A stretch of DNA of 62,827 nucleotides, filler included, from Kipferlia bialata (Eukaryota): the NCBI GenBank assembly GCA_003568945.1. It is 4 parts of 4 records of this genome, joined end to end, with 100 filler letters (N's around TTAATTAATTAA, not from the genome) between each part and the next. Parts side by side here need not be neighbours in the genome. Positions count along the whole stretch, not along the records: positions 22,841 to 45,507 come from BDIP01000284.1; 3 more parts are not named here. The stretch is one strand, 5' to 3'. This document shows positions 25,801-39,100 of this stretch, one piece after another (the first letter of the stretch is position 1; the number at the start of each line of letters is the position of its first letter). The position numbers and the translations under genes are program-made. The notes beneath the pieces are model-generated. The model was not told where the DNA came from and did not search any database. It saw only the letters and a list, made by a program, of their open reading frames with translations.

Positions 25801-26111
25801 GGGCATGCGAGTGGATGCCGGTCTAGTGGTTAGATAGAGGTGCAAGCATGTCTAAGCGTAGAAGTATAACACAAGATACTACATATATTGAAGAGGGGGG
25901 GGGGGGGTGACAACATATATTCACACTCAACTATACACTACACAGGAGACCCACACATATGCCAATCCTCCCTCAGCAAGCAAGTAGCGGTATAACCCAA
26001 GTACACACAATGTGACATGGAGATACATACACAATATCGCCCTTCACATGCCTCTCCTTTACACTCATACACCTCTCAACTCACCAGAATGTCATTCAGA
26101 ACGTCCCGCAT
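22852..26111 (-). CDS. Mirror copy (left arm) of the 5' part of the gene starting at 36166
   Basis: Reverse complement of 36166-39425. Confidence 0.6.
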
Positions 26112-26222
26112 GGGACTACGCTAAAGGAACTAAGTCAATACGCTACTATCCCTATAGCCTCTGCAGTGTAAATAGGCTGTGTCAAATCACACAGGTGAGC
26201 TGATTGTTTTTTGCTCCATAAC

Positions 26223-26231
26223 TACACCCTT
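26223..26231. promoter_or_regulatory. Recurrent T(A/G)CACCCTT motif in a 240-bp divergent promoter
   Basis: The same motif lies near gene starts at 1467, 3559, 10203, 10264, 17369, 19814, 55663 and 62171. Confidence 0.5.
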
Positions 26232-26350
26232 TGTATACCATCAAGAAACAACACATAAAGGGTCTGGTGCCACAGTGCTTTCTCTAAGAGACAGCTGAAG
26301 ACTCCGAACCCAGGCTAGTGTTGCATAGCGTGTCACGCTGAGTGTGTGAT

Positions 26351-26996
26351 ATGGCTAGAAGAGCACCGCCAAGACCGAACAAGACGGCATTCAGGAGGTG
26401 AGTGTGCACTTGTGATGCATTGATTGAAGGCTTGATTGATATACAAGTCATAAAGTGAAAGGTAGTGTAGAGGGGGGAGAGGGCTGAGAGACAGAGGGGG
26501 AGGTTCAGCGTGTGTGAAGATGTCTGGTACCTGAGAGGAGCACTTCCCTTCTTCTAGTACTTCCATCTGCCGTCTCTCTATCCCACCTAGTAAACTTCCA
26601 TCTCTCTATCATTTTCTGCTGCCTAGTGAACTGTGTCCCCCCCCCCCCCAACCCCTATGGACCCCTACTCCACTATTATATGACATCCTTACGTGTGTGT
26701 ATGTAGATTGAGGGCCACTTGATCTACCTCACCAACTGTCTCCTGCTGTCTCTCTCTCTCTGTCAGGCTGTCTCTCTATCTCTCCGTAACACCATTCTCA
26801 CCCAGCCCTAGGGACCCCTTCAAATCTAAGCTTAGCACCGTCCTTCTATATGTTTTACTATTGTACTTCTATATTATTTGGATATTTGTCTTTATGTATT
26901 CATATTCTAAGTCTATGTCTTACACTCAGCCCTGTGGACCCCTCTAACTCCACTGCACTGACGGCACCAAGGACACCACAGGTACATGAGTATATG

Positions 26997-27035
<39 letters not shown>

Positions 27036-30008
27036 TTCAAGTTATTCGTCAGTCATCATCCCCCCCCCCCCCTCACTCTTCTAGCTCTGCCTATCTATAT
27101 GTATATATATAAGGTTTATATCTCGTTGATCCCGTGGTCATGCCAATATCCACAGCTATATTGTAAATATCTAAACACAAGTAATAATCAGTGTTATCGT
27201 TTACTTCCACAGTACCTTCTGTGCCTGTGTGTATATTACTATTAATTAATCATATATCTCTATCTCTTAATTATTAATTATATATCTCACCTCGGCGCCC
27301 CACCCGTATCATATATGTGTGTTTCTATATATGAGTCATCATTGTATTTATTACTTCCATAGTACCTTCTTGTGCATATTTGTTTCTCACCTCAGCGCCC
27401 CACCACCCGCGTCACTACACCATCGAGGCATGGCAGCACATCTAGGAGGTGAGTATATATATATATATATATATATAATATATTTGTGTGTATATATTCA
27501 AGTAAATGTGCATATAAATGAGGAATATATATATGTGTGTATGTGTGTGTATGTATACTACCCCATCGAGGCATGGCAGCACATCTAGGAGGTGAGGGTG
27601 ATTATACTTTTGTATATACTCTCTAGAGTAATTATTGGCATATGGGAGTTAACCCCTTCAGGTGCCCTTTGCACATAGTATGTATATGTTTACACACCCA
27701 CATAATCATGTTATCATATATCTACCATGTAATCATTATATATAGACATTCCCACCCGTCAGGCGTGCCTCCTCTGCCCAGATTATGTATATATATATTT
27801 ATATATATCTCCCTTTGTTAGGTGTGTATTTATGTATGAAAATACAATACAATACATTTGACTTACTTATGTTTATTCCATCCCACCCTTCAGGCGTGCC
27901 CCCTCTGCCCAGAGTCCCAACCCACTGCTGGCATCACCAGGTACTACTATACAGATGATATATACTCTATGGGGTATTATATACATATATATAGTTATGT
28001 GTATCCCAACCCATTGCTGGCATCGCCAGGTAGCCTATGATTTTTTGGATATGGATAATAATGAATACTTCTGTAATATCCCGGAAGATACTACTGTGTG
28101 AGTCCCAAGCAACTGCTGGCAGCACCAAGTACTAATAATCTCTTTATACATGCATATATGCGATGGCTTACCTAACGTCTGATCCATTAGTTATTGTCTA
28201 TATTGTATTATCCTTGTCCATCTAACCCCCCAGCCGTTGATGTGATTGGGGGCATGTCCACCAACAAGCCATTCCACAAGCAGACAAGGTACGTATATAC
28301 AGTGTTATCCATATATTGTAATCATATGTACTAACGAGGTCTTCCACAAGCAGACAAGGTACACAGATACATGCAGTCATTCATCAATACTTCCTTCATT
28401 AGTAATCATGTGCCATTATTCTAACACCAGATGCTGTAACTCCTTCCTCCGGTTCTTCAGCATATGTACTTACTCATTATATAGGTTAAGTATATACCCT
28501 CGCTTAGTGAATAGTTGTAACCCAAGGTGCTGGGACTCCTTCCTCCGGTTCTTCAGCTCCAGACTGAGTATACAGTATTATATATGTCTATATTTATGCC
28601 AGTATTGTTCCCCTATATATACCTCTAACCCCAGGTGCTGGGACTCCTTCCTCCGGTTCTTCAGCTTCCAGACTGTCTGTAACCTGATATGTCTCTCGAT
28701 CACACTGGCTGGGATATGGCTCAGAATGGAGTACTCAAGTGAGTATTTATATATGTATTGCGTATATATGTATAGAATAACAGTGATTGTATATGTCTGT
28801 CCATCACTCTGGCTGGGATATGGCTCAGAATGGAGTACTCCAGTGAGTATATATATTAATGTATATATATATGTGTGTGTTTGTGTGTGTATATATATAT
28901 TTAGTTGTATGGCTCAGGATGGAGTACTAAAGTTTGTATGTACACAGTACAGTATTACTCAATTATATTATGTGCATACCTCTCTCCTTCTCTCTCTCTC
29001 TCTCTTTCCTTATCTGTATCTCTCTCCTTAGCCCCTTATTCCAGAGTCTGAGGAGCGGTGGCTCCAGATTGTGGCCAAGATGACCTTCACCGTTGGCATA
29101 TTCTCTCTGTCAGGAGGCGTCACCAACGCCATTGCCATCAAGATGCTCTTTGACAGGTATTATGTCTCTCTCTCTCTCTCCAGATATATATATATTGGGT
29201 ATATGTACATACATATCATCTGTGTATATATATATATATATGTATTTACAGGTATATATGTCGCTCCTGATCTCTACGTAATTATGTTATATTTGTACTA
29301 TGCTTCTTGACAGGTCCGGATATCTCTCCCTCTTTATATATATTTGAGTATTTGTGTATGTATGTGTGTCAGATGCTCTTTGACAGGTATGGATAGGTGT
29401 GTGTCATAGCATTCTCTCTCACTCTTCTCTCCCGCACGGACCCTCTTTCAGAGTGTATTTGGAGATTGGATGTTACGTACTTGTATATTTGTACGTCTCA
29501 TCTTTTATTTCCCAATGATAAGTACACTCTCTGTATATATACATGTATTTCTATATCTCTATAGTGTACATGCTCTTTCCTCAGGGCTCTCTCTCTCTGT
29601 CTCTCTCTCTCTCTATATATATATATATTGACATATATGCTCTTACCTCAGGATATACCTCATGCCCCGTCTGTCCCTTCCTGGTAGTGGTATTATCCCA
29701 GAGAACTTCCAGAGCATCCGGTATGTCAATTGTACAATATATACTATATGATCATTGCCATATTATCCACCCATTGACAAATTGTACATATATTATGATT
29801 TTCATTTTCATCATTGATTATATTTCTAACTTCTATTATTGATACTTACCCTCAGGACATCCATCAAGCGCATGGTCATGGCCATGTTCTTCACCCCCCA
29901 GTTCCTGCAGTACTACATCAACAAGAAGGTGGGTGTAAGTGCATACACATATATATTTCTATATATTAGACACTAAGTGTTTAGAATGAGTTGGTATTTT
30001 GATATGTA

Positions 30009-30039
<31 letters not shown>

Positions 30040-31064
30040 CACCTCACCTCTCTGTCTCTCTCTCTCTGTCTCTCTCTCTCTGTCTCTCACCCTCAGGCTG
30101 GTGAGCTGACCTCCTCTCTGCAACTGGACACAAGGTGAGTGAATTATTATATATACTTACTATTCTATATACTACTATTACAATATATATTATACTATTA
30201 CATACTATACTATTTTATCCATACACTCTCTGCAGCTGGACACAAGGTGAGTGATATTTTATAGTTCCTCTACTGTATATACTCGTCAAACAATACACTG
30301 TCTGCTGCTGGACAATTCAATATAACTTTTGCAAAGATAGATGGCACATACAATATAATATACTCACACTCATACCAGGCTGAGACAGCTGTTGGAGCAG
30401 GACAGCATCGACAAGATCATAGGCCAGGTGAGGAGGGTGCATTATGTATAGATTATATATTTATATATATATGTGTAATGTTTATAGTTTAGTGATAAGA
30501 TCATAGGCCAGGTGAGGGTATTATGTTTGTGTATGGATTCTCATATATATATATAGTTAAGAGAGCCTAATTTTTGTCTAGACTGTATATCTGCATCTTA
30601 CCACCAGAAGCTAGCCGAGCTCAATGCTAGGCCAGAGGGACTGGCATTTAGGTGTGTCCCCCACAGAAATGTTAAGTTTAGCATTGGAGTTATTGGACAC
30701 TGACCCTATTGTCACTAGAGATATCAATATTATTACTATATATCTAATTATCATGCTCGTCTGACCTATTCATAACGTAAACGTCGCTATATTTTACTGG
30801 AAGAATAGTATGGATTACTTGCCTGGCTCTAGAATGACGGGTATCATATGATAGGATATGTGTATTTTATATACTTTGTGGTACATTATACATACTGCGT
30901 GTCTGACTGTATGATGGGCATCATTTGATAAGATATACCACAACATACTATATATACCATATACATTATACACTGCGTGTCTGACTCTAGAATGATGGGA
31001 ATCACCACTGAGCAGCTGAAACCTGCCCTGAAGCCATTCTTGGTGTCATTTGTGTGTGACTTAG
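26351..31064 (+). CDS. DUF445-family membrane protein, at least 12 exons, 3'-truncated at the palindrome axis
   Basis: MARRAPP... start; two TM segments, then GIFSLSGGVTNAIAIKMLFDR|IYLMPRLSLPGSGIIPENFQSIR|TSIKRMVMAMFFTP and KLAEL...MMGITTEQLKPALKPF. This resembles DUF445 (GxxTNxLAIxMLF...GSGVIP). Confidence 0.8.
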
Positions 31065-31212
31065 GTGAGTAACTGACTGAGTAATATGGTTATTAGTAGT
31101 CATTTCTCTCGCTCTCTCTCCTTATTTGTATACATATATATATGTATACAAATAAGGAGAGAGAGCGAGAGAAATGACTACTAATAACCATATTACTCAG
31201 TCAGTTACTCAC

Positions 31213-32237
31213 CTAAGTCACACACAAATGACACCAAGAATGGCTTCAGGGCAGGTTTCAGCTGCTCAGTGGTGATTCCCATCATTCTAGAGTCAGACAC
31301 GCAGTGTATAATGTATATGGTATATATAGTATGTTGTGGTATATCTTATCAAATGATGCCCATCATACAGTCAGACACGCAGTATGTATAATGTACCACA
31401 AAGTATATAAAATACACATATCCTATCATATGATACCCGTCATTCTAGAGCCAGGCAAGTAATCCATACTATTCTTCCAGTAAAATATAGCGACGTTTAC
31501 GTTATGAATAGGTCAGACGAGCATGATAATTAGATATATAGTAATAATATTGATATCTCTAGTGACAATAGGGTCAGTGTCCAATAACTCCAATGCTAAA
31601 CTTAACATTTCTGTGGGGGACACACCTAAATGCCAGTCCCTCTGGCCTAGCATTGAGCTCGGCTAGCTTCTGGTGGTAAGATGCAGATATACAGTCTAGA
31701 CAAAAATTAGGCTCTCTTAACTATATATATATATGAGAATCCATACACAAACATAATACCCTCACCTGGCCTATGATCTTATCACTAAACTATAAACATT
31801 ACACATATATATATAAATATATAATCTATACATAATGCACCCTCCTCACCTGGCCTATGATCTTGTCGATGCTGTCCTGCTCCAACAGCTGTCTCAGCCT
31901 GGTATGAGTGTGAGTATATTATATTGTATGTGCCATCTATCTTTGCAAAAGTTATATTGAATTGTCCAGCAGCAGACAGTGTATTGTTTGACGAGTATAT
32001 ACAGTAGAGGAACTATAAAATATCACTCACCTTGTGTCCAGCTGCAGAGAGTGTATGGATAAAATAGTATAGTATGTAATAGTATAATATATATTGTAAT
32101 AGTAGTATATAGAATAGTAAGTATATATAATAATTCACTCACCTTGTGTCCAGTTGCAGAGAGGAGGTCAGCTCACCAGCCTGAGGGTGAGAGACAGAGA
32201 GAGAGAGACAGAGAGAGAGAGACAGAGAGGTGAGGTG

Positions 32238-32268
<31 letters not shown>

Positions 32269-35241
32269 TACATATCAAAATACCAACTCATTCTAAACAC
32301 TTAGTGTCTAATATATAGAAATATATATGTGTATGCACTTACACCCACCTTCTTGTTGATGTAGTACTGCAGGAACTGGGGGGTGAAGAACATGGCCATG
32401 ACCATGCGCTTGATGGATGTCCTGAGGGTAAGTATCAATAATAGAAGTTAGAAATATAATCAATGATGAAAATGAAAATCATAATATATGTACAATTTGT
32501 CAATGGGTGGATAATATGGCAATGATCATATAGTATATATTGTACAATTGACATACCGGATGCTCTGGAAGTTCTCTGGGATAATACCACTACCAGGAAG
32601 GGACAGACGGGGCATGAGGTATATCCTGAGGTAAGAGCATATATGTCAATATATATATATATAGAGAGAGAGAGAGACAGAGAGAGAGAGCCCTGAGGAA
32701 AGAGCATGTACACTATAGAGATATAGAAATACATGTATATATACAGAGAGTGTACTTATCATTGGGAAATAAAAGATGAGACGTACAAATATACAAGTAC
32801 GTAACATCCAATCTCCAAATACACTCTGAAAGAGGGTCCGTGCGGGAGAGAAGAGTGAGAGAGAATGCTATGACACACACCTATCCATACCTGTCAAAGA
32901 GCATCTGACACACATACATACACAAATACTCAAATATATATAAAGAGGGAGAGATATCCGGACCTGTCAAGAAGCATAGTACAAATATAACATAATTACG
33001 TAGAGATCAGGAGCGACATATATACCTGTAAATACATATATATATATATATACACAGATGATATGTATGTACATATACCCAATATATATATATCTGGAGA
33101 GAGAGAGAGAGACATAATACCTGTCAAAGAGCATCTTGATGGCAATGGCGTTGGTGACGCCTCCTGACAGAGAGAATATGCCAACGGTGAAGGTCATCTT
33201 GGCCACAATCTGGAGCCACCGCTCCTCAGACTCTGGAATAAGGGGCTAAGGAGAGAGATACAGATAAGGAAAGAGAGAGAGAGAGAGAAGGAGAGAGGTA
33301 TGCACATAATATAATTGAGTAATACTGTACTGTGTACATACAAACTTTAGTACTCCATCCTGAGCCATACAACTAAATATATATATACACACACAAACAC
33401 ACACATATATATATACATTAATATATATACTCACTGGAGTACTCCATTCTGAGCCATATCCCAGCCAGAGTGATGGACAGACATATACAATCACTGTTAT
33501 TCTATACATATATACGCAATACATATATAAATACTCACTTGAGTACTCCATTCTGAGCCATATCCCAGCCAGTGTGATCGAGAGACATATCAGGTTACAG
33601 ACAGTCTGGAAGCTGAAGAACCGGAGGAAGGAGTCCCAGCACCTGGGGTTAGAGGTATATATAGGGGAACAATACTGGCATAAATATAGACATATATAAT
33701 ACTGTATACTCAGTCTGGAGCTGAAGAACCGGAGGAAGGAGTCCCAGCACCTTGGGTTACAACTATTCACTAAGCGAGGGTATATACTTAACCTATATAA
33801 TGAGTAAGTACATATGCTGAAGAACCGGAGGAAGGAGTTACAGCATCTGGTGTTAGAATAATGGCACATGATTACTAATGAAGGAAGTATTGATGAATGA
33901 CTGCATGTATCTGTGTACCTTGTCTGCTTGTGGAAGACCTCGTTAGTACATATGATTACAATATATGGATAACACTGTATATACGTACCTTGTCTGCTTG
34001 TGGAATGGCTTGTTGGTGGACATGCCCCCAATCACATCAACGGCTGGGGGGTTAGATGGACAAGGATAATACAATATAGACAATAACTAATGGATCAGAC
34101 GTTAGGTAAGCCATCGCATATATGCATGTATAAAGAGATTATTAGTACTTGGTGCTGCCAGCAGTTGCTTGGGACTCACACAGTAGTATCTTCCGGGATA
34201 TTACAGAAGTATTCATTATTATCCATATCCAAAAAATCATAGGCTACCTGGCGATGCCAGCAATGGGTTGGGATACACATAACTATATATATGTATATAA
34301 TACCCCATAGAGTATATATCATCTGTATAGTAGTACCTGGTGATGCCAGCAGTGGGTTGGGACTCTGGGCAGAGGGGGCACGCCTGAAGGGTGGGATGGA
34401 ATAAACATAAGTAAGTCAAATGTATTGTATTGTATTTTCATACATAAATACACACCTAACAAAGGGAGATATATATAAATATATATATACATAATCTGGG
34501 CAGAGGAGGCACGCCTGACGGGTGGGAATGTCTATATATAATGATTACATGGTAGATATATGATAACATGATTATGTGGGTGTGTAAACATATACATACT
34601 ATGTGCAAAGGGCACCTGAAGGGGTTAACTCCCATATGCCAATAATTACTCTAGAGAGTATATACAAAAGTATAATCACCCTCACCTCCTAGATGTGCTG
34701 CCATGCCTCGATGGGGTAGTATACATACACACACATACACACATATATATATTCCTCATTTATATGCACATTTACTTGAATATATACACACAAATATATT
34801 ATATATATATATATATATATATACTCACCTCCTAGATGTGCTGCCATGCCTCGATGGTGTAGTGACGCGGGTGGTGGGGCGCTGAGGTGAGAAACAAATA
34901 TGCACAAGAAGGTACTATGGAAGTAATAAATACAATGATGACTCATATATAGAAACACACATATATGATACGGGTGGGGCGCCGAGGTGAGATATATAAT
35001 TAATAATTAAGAGATAGAGATATATGATTAATTAATAGTAATATACACACAGGCACAGAAGGTACTGTGGAAGTAAACGATAACACTGATTATTACTTGT
35101 GTTTAGATATTTACAATATAGCTGTGGATATTGGCATGACCACGGGATCAACGAGATATAAACCTTATATATATACATATAGATAGGCAGAGCTAGAAGA
35201 GTGAGGGGGGGGGGGGGATGATGACTGACGAATAACTTGAA

Positions 35242-35280
<39 letters not shown>

Positions 35281-35926
35281 CATATACTCATGTACCTGTG
35301 GTGTCCTTGGTGCCGTCAGTGCAGTGGAGTTAGAGGGGTCCACAGGGCTGAGTGTAAGACATAGACTTAGAATATGAATACATAAAGACAAATATCCAAA
35401 TAATATAGAAGTACAATAGTAAAACATATAGAAGGACGGTGCTAAGCTTAGATTTGAAGGGGTCCCTAGGGCTGGGTGAGAATGGTGTTACGGAGAGATA
35501 GAGAGACAGCCTGACAGAGAGAGAGAGACAGCAGGAGACAGTTGGTGAGGTAGATCAAGTGGCCCTCAATCTACATACACACACGTAAGGATGTCATATA
35601 ATAGTGGAGTAGGGGTCCATAGGGGTTGGGGGGGGGGGGGACACAGTTCACTAGGCAGCAGAAAATGATAGAGAGATGGAAGTTTACTAGGTGGGATAGA
35701 GAGACGGCAGATGGAAGTACTAGAAGAAGGGAAGTGCTCCTCTCAGGTACCAGACATCTTCACACACGCTGAACCTCCCCCTCTGTCTCTCAGCCCTCTC
35801 CCCCCTCTACACTACCTTTCACTTTATGACTTGTATATCAATCAAGCCTTCAATCAATGCATCACAAGTGCACACTCACCTCCTGAATGCCGTCTTGTTC
35901 GGTCTTGGCGGTGCTCTTCTAGCCAT
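31213..35926 (-). CDS. Mirror copy (right arm) of the DUF445 gene fragment
   Basis: Reverse complement of 26351-31064. Confidence 0.7.
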
Positions 35927-36165
35927 ATCACACACTCAGCGTGACACGCTATGCAACACTAGCCTGGGTTCGGAGTCTTCAGCTGTCTCTTAGAGAAAGC
36001 ACTGTGGCACCAGACCCTTTATGTGTTGTTTCTTGATGGTATACAAAGGGTGTAGTTATGGAGCAAAAAACAATCAGCTCACCTGTGTGATTTGACACAG
36101 CCTATTTACACTGCAGAGGCTATAGGGATAGTAGCGTATTGACTTAGTTCCTTTAGCGTAGTCCC

Positions 36166-39100
36166 ATGCGGGACGTTCTGAATGACATTCTGGTGAGTTG
36201 AGAGGTGTATGAGTGTAAAGGAGAGGCATGTGAAGGGCGATATTGTGTATGTATCTCCATGTCACATTGTGTGTACTTGGGTTATACCGCTACTTGCTTG
36301 CTGAGGGAGGATTGGCATATGTGTGGGTCTCCTGTGTAGTGTATAGTTGAGTGTGAATATATGTTGTCACCCCCCCCCCCCCTCTTCAATATATGTAGTA
36401 TCTTGTGTTATACTTCTACGCTTAGACATGCTTGCACCTCTATCTAACCACTAGACCGGCATCCACTCGCATGCCCGGTCTGTCCCCCCCCATCCCCTCC
36501 TCCTTCTGTATATATGGGTGTATATTGTTCTCTAACCATCAGACCGGCATCCACTCGCATGCCCGGTCTGTTACGGGTGACAGTCCCAGACACCCCTCTG
36601 CCTCTGTCCCTAGGGTGTCACCATCCATCACACACCACTTTGGACAGCTGGCATTGTTATGCGTGAGGTATGTATATATCACACACACCTCTTTGGACAG
36701 CTGACTCTGCTGTGTGTGAGGTATTAAGAGTGTATGATATATATATGATGGACATTCCACCTACCCGACGCTCTCTTTGCCACTGAGACACTTCCTCTCA
36801 TTCAGTGAACTTTCTCTCTCGTCCTCTCTCTCCCCCTCTCTCTCTCCCTCTCTCTCTCTCTCTATATATATATGTATATATATGTATTCACTGATACTGA
36901 TACCATCTAATCAATAGGACCAGTGACGCTCTCTTTGCCACTGAGACTCGGATGTTCTCAAGGGAGGGGAGTGTGTCTAGTACATTTGACAGGGACCATC
37001 TGGAGAGGGGTAACAGGCTGTCAGAGAGTGAGAGCGAGGGGGAGAGAGAGGCCCTGCCACCACCCCTCACACCCACAGAGAGCAGCATAGATATACGTGT
37101 CGGGGTAGGAGGAGAGGGGGAGGGGGAGGGGGAGGGAGAGGAGCTGTTTCCGATGGTGCTCTCTCTGTCCAGCCCACTTACCAGGTAATCTCTCTCTATA
37201 AGTCATAGTCATAGTATAATATGTACATATAGTGCAAATATGTGTACTCCTTTGACACATTCTGAGTGGCCACTCTCTCTCTTTCTATACACATCCACAA
37301 ATATATATATAGCTATCTGACTGCCAGGCATATCCTGACCTGCTATATATGTATGTAAAGTACATAGTATATAGTATATTATATATGTAGTATAATCTGT
37401 CTTACCCTGAGGCATATCCTGACCTGCTATACATATATACATAGTACATAGTACATAGTACATAGTATATTATATATGTTTCTTAATCTGTCTTATTTGC
37501 AGGCATGGATGGCCAACAGACAATGATTTGTATATATATAGTGTATATATGTAGTACATTATGTAGGTTATATATACATATAACCCTTAGGCATATCCTG
37601 ACGTGCTTTGTGCTGGATGGCCACCAGACACTGACACATCTACACGGGGCAGTGGTATCAGAGGTATGTATTGAACATATAATATATGAAGTATATACAT
37701 AGATATTTTGTATTTACCTTTATACTAACCCCAGCTCATGTCTGGCAACCCCCCTGATAGCTACGACGTTTAGTGTATATGTGTTTATTTACACGCTATG
37801 CACTTTCTCAGTCTACACTCTTGCAGTCTTATATTAACATCACCTCATGTCTGGCAACCCCCTGCCCTTATATGTTATGCATATATACACTTACGGTCTT
37901 CTTAATGTATTTACCTATATATATTGACCTATATACTGACCCCAGCTCATGTCTGGCAACCCCCTGCCCCATGTAGTAGAGTGTATATTACACGTATACA
38001 TTAACCATCTGCTATTATTTATTTACCGATATACTAACCCCAGCTGATGTCTGGCAACCCCCTGCCCCCGCTAGTGAGTGATGCATTCAATGGATGTGTG
38101 CAGTTACTAAAACAGGTATCTTAGTGTACTACTATATATATAGGTACATGTATATTGTATTGTATACAGATGTGTTCCTTGTGAGTGATGTATTCAATGG
38201 ATATGTACATCTGTTAAAACAAGTAAGATATGGTTTAGTGATTTACTACACTAGATACGTATGACAGATGTGTCAATGTCTTGAGTGATGCATTCAACGG
38301 ACGTGTACATCTGATAAATATATATATAATACAATATAATTATATTTATAAATGTATTTTATTACAATATATATAATACATCTGGTGAAGCAGATGAGAG
38401 ACGAGGTATACATTTAGCATACATGAATATATATATCCCTTGATAGATGCATTCAATACATACGTCCATCTGTTGAAGCAGGTAAGAGTGTTTGTATTGA
38501 TATGTATATACTTTGAGTAGCTGGGCAAGTACATGTTGTGTATATAACACTCAGGTCATGGTCCTGTCAGGGACTCATATATATATGTATATATACGACA
38601 TTTTTCATATATCTTGTGCATATACTAGTATTGATTCCTAGGTCATGTCCCTGGTCAAGGACTCACATATATTCACATACACATATATATACACACATTT
38701 TATTATTATATACATTTAAATATTATATATACTAGTAATTAACACCCCAGGTCATGTCCCTGGTCAAGGACTCCGACACTGGGCGTCCCTTCCCGACCCC
38801 ATCGGTGACTAGGAGGGAGAGGGAGAGAGAGAGAGAGAGAGAGACATACAGGGTGCCAGACACCACTCAATGGTATGTAGTGCTATCAATAGCAACAGTG
38901 TGTATAGCAATGTATATACTTCATCCATGTTTTCACCCCATCGAGGATGACCTCGGTCAGTATCAGTGGGCTCTATATGTATATCATCTATATATATTTA
39001 TATATATATATGACACTGACACTAGGTATGGTCCCTCTGAAGAGACAACCGACATCGACCAGAGGAGAATGTCTGTCAGTGGCTGGTCGCCATTTGGGTC

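Noticed and set aside
23500..35500. Many Y/I/C-rich ORFs
   Set aside because: Translations of (TA)n/(TG)n intron microsatellites
36453..36570. Imperfect hairpin GACCGGCAT...ATGCCCGGTC present twice
   Set aside because: The duplication is explained as an acceptor echo, and a short stem in coding sequence can arise by chance
37721..38070. Four ~26-nt direct repeats with unique spacers, superficially CRISPR-like
   Set aside because: The repeats are copies of a splice acceptor plus exon start, spacers are ~75-90-nt AT-rich intron sequence, no cas genes are present, and the context is eukaryotic
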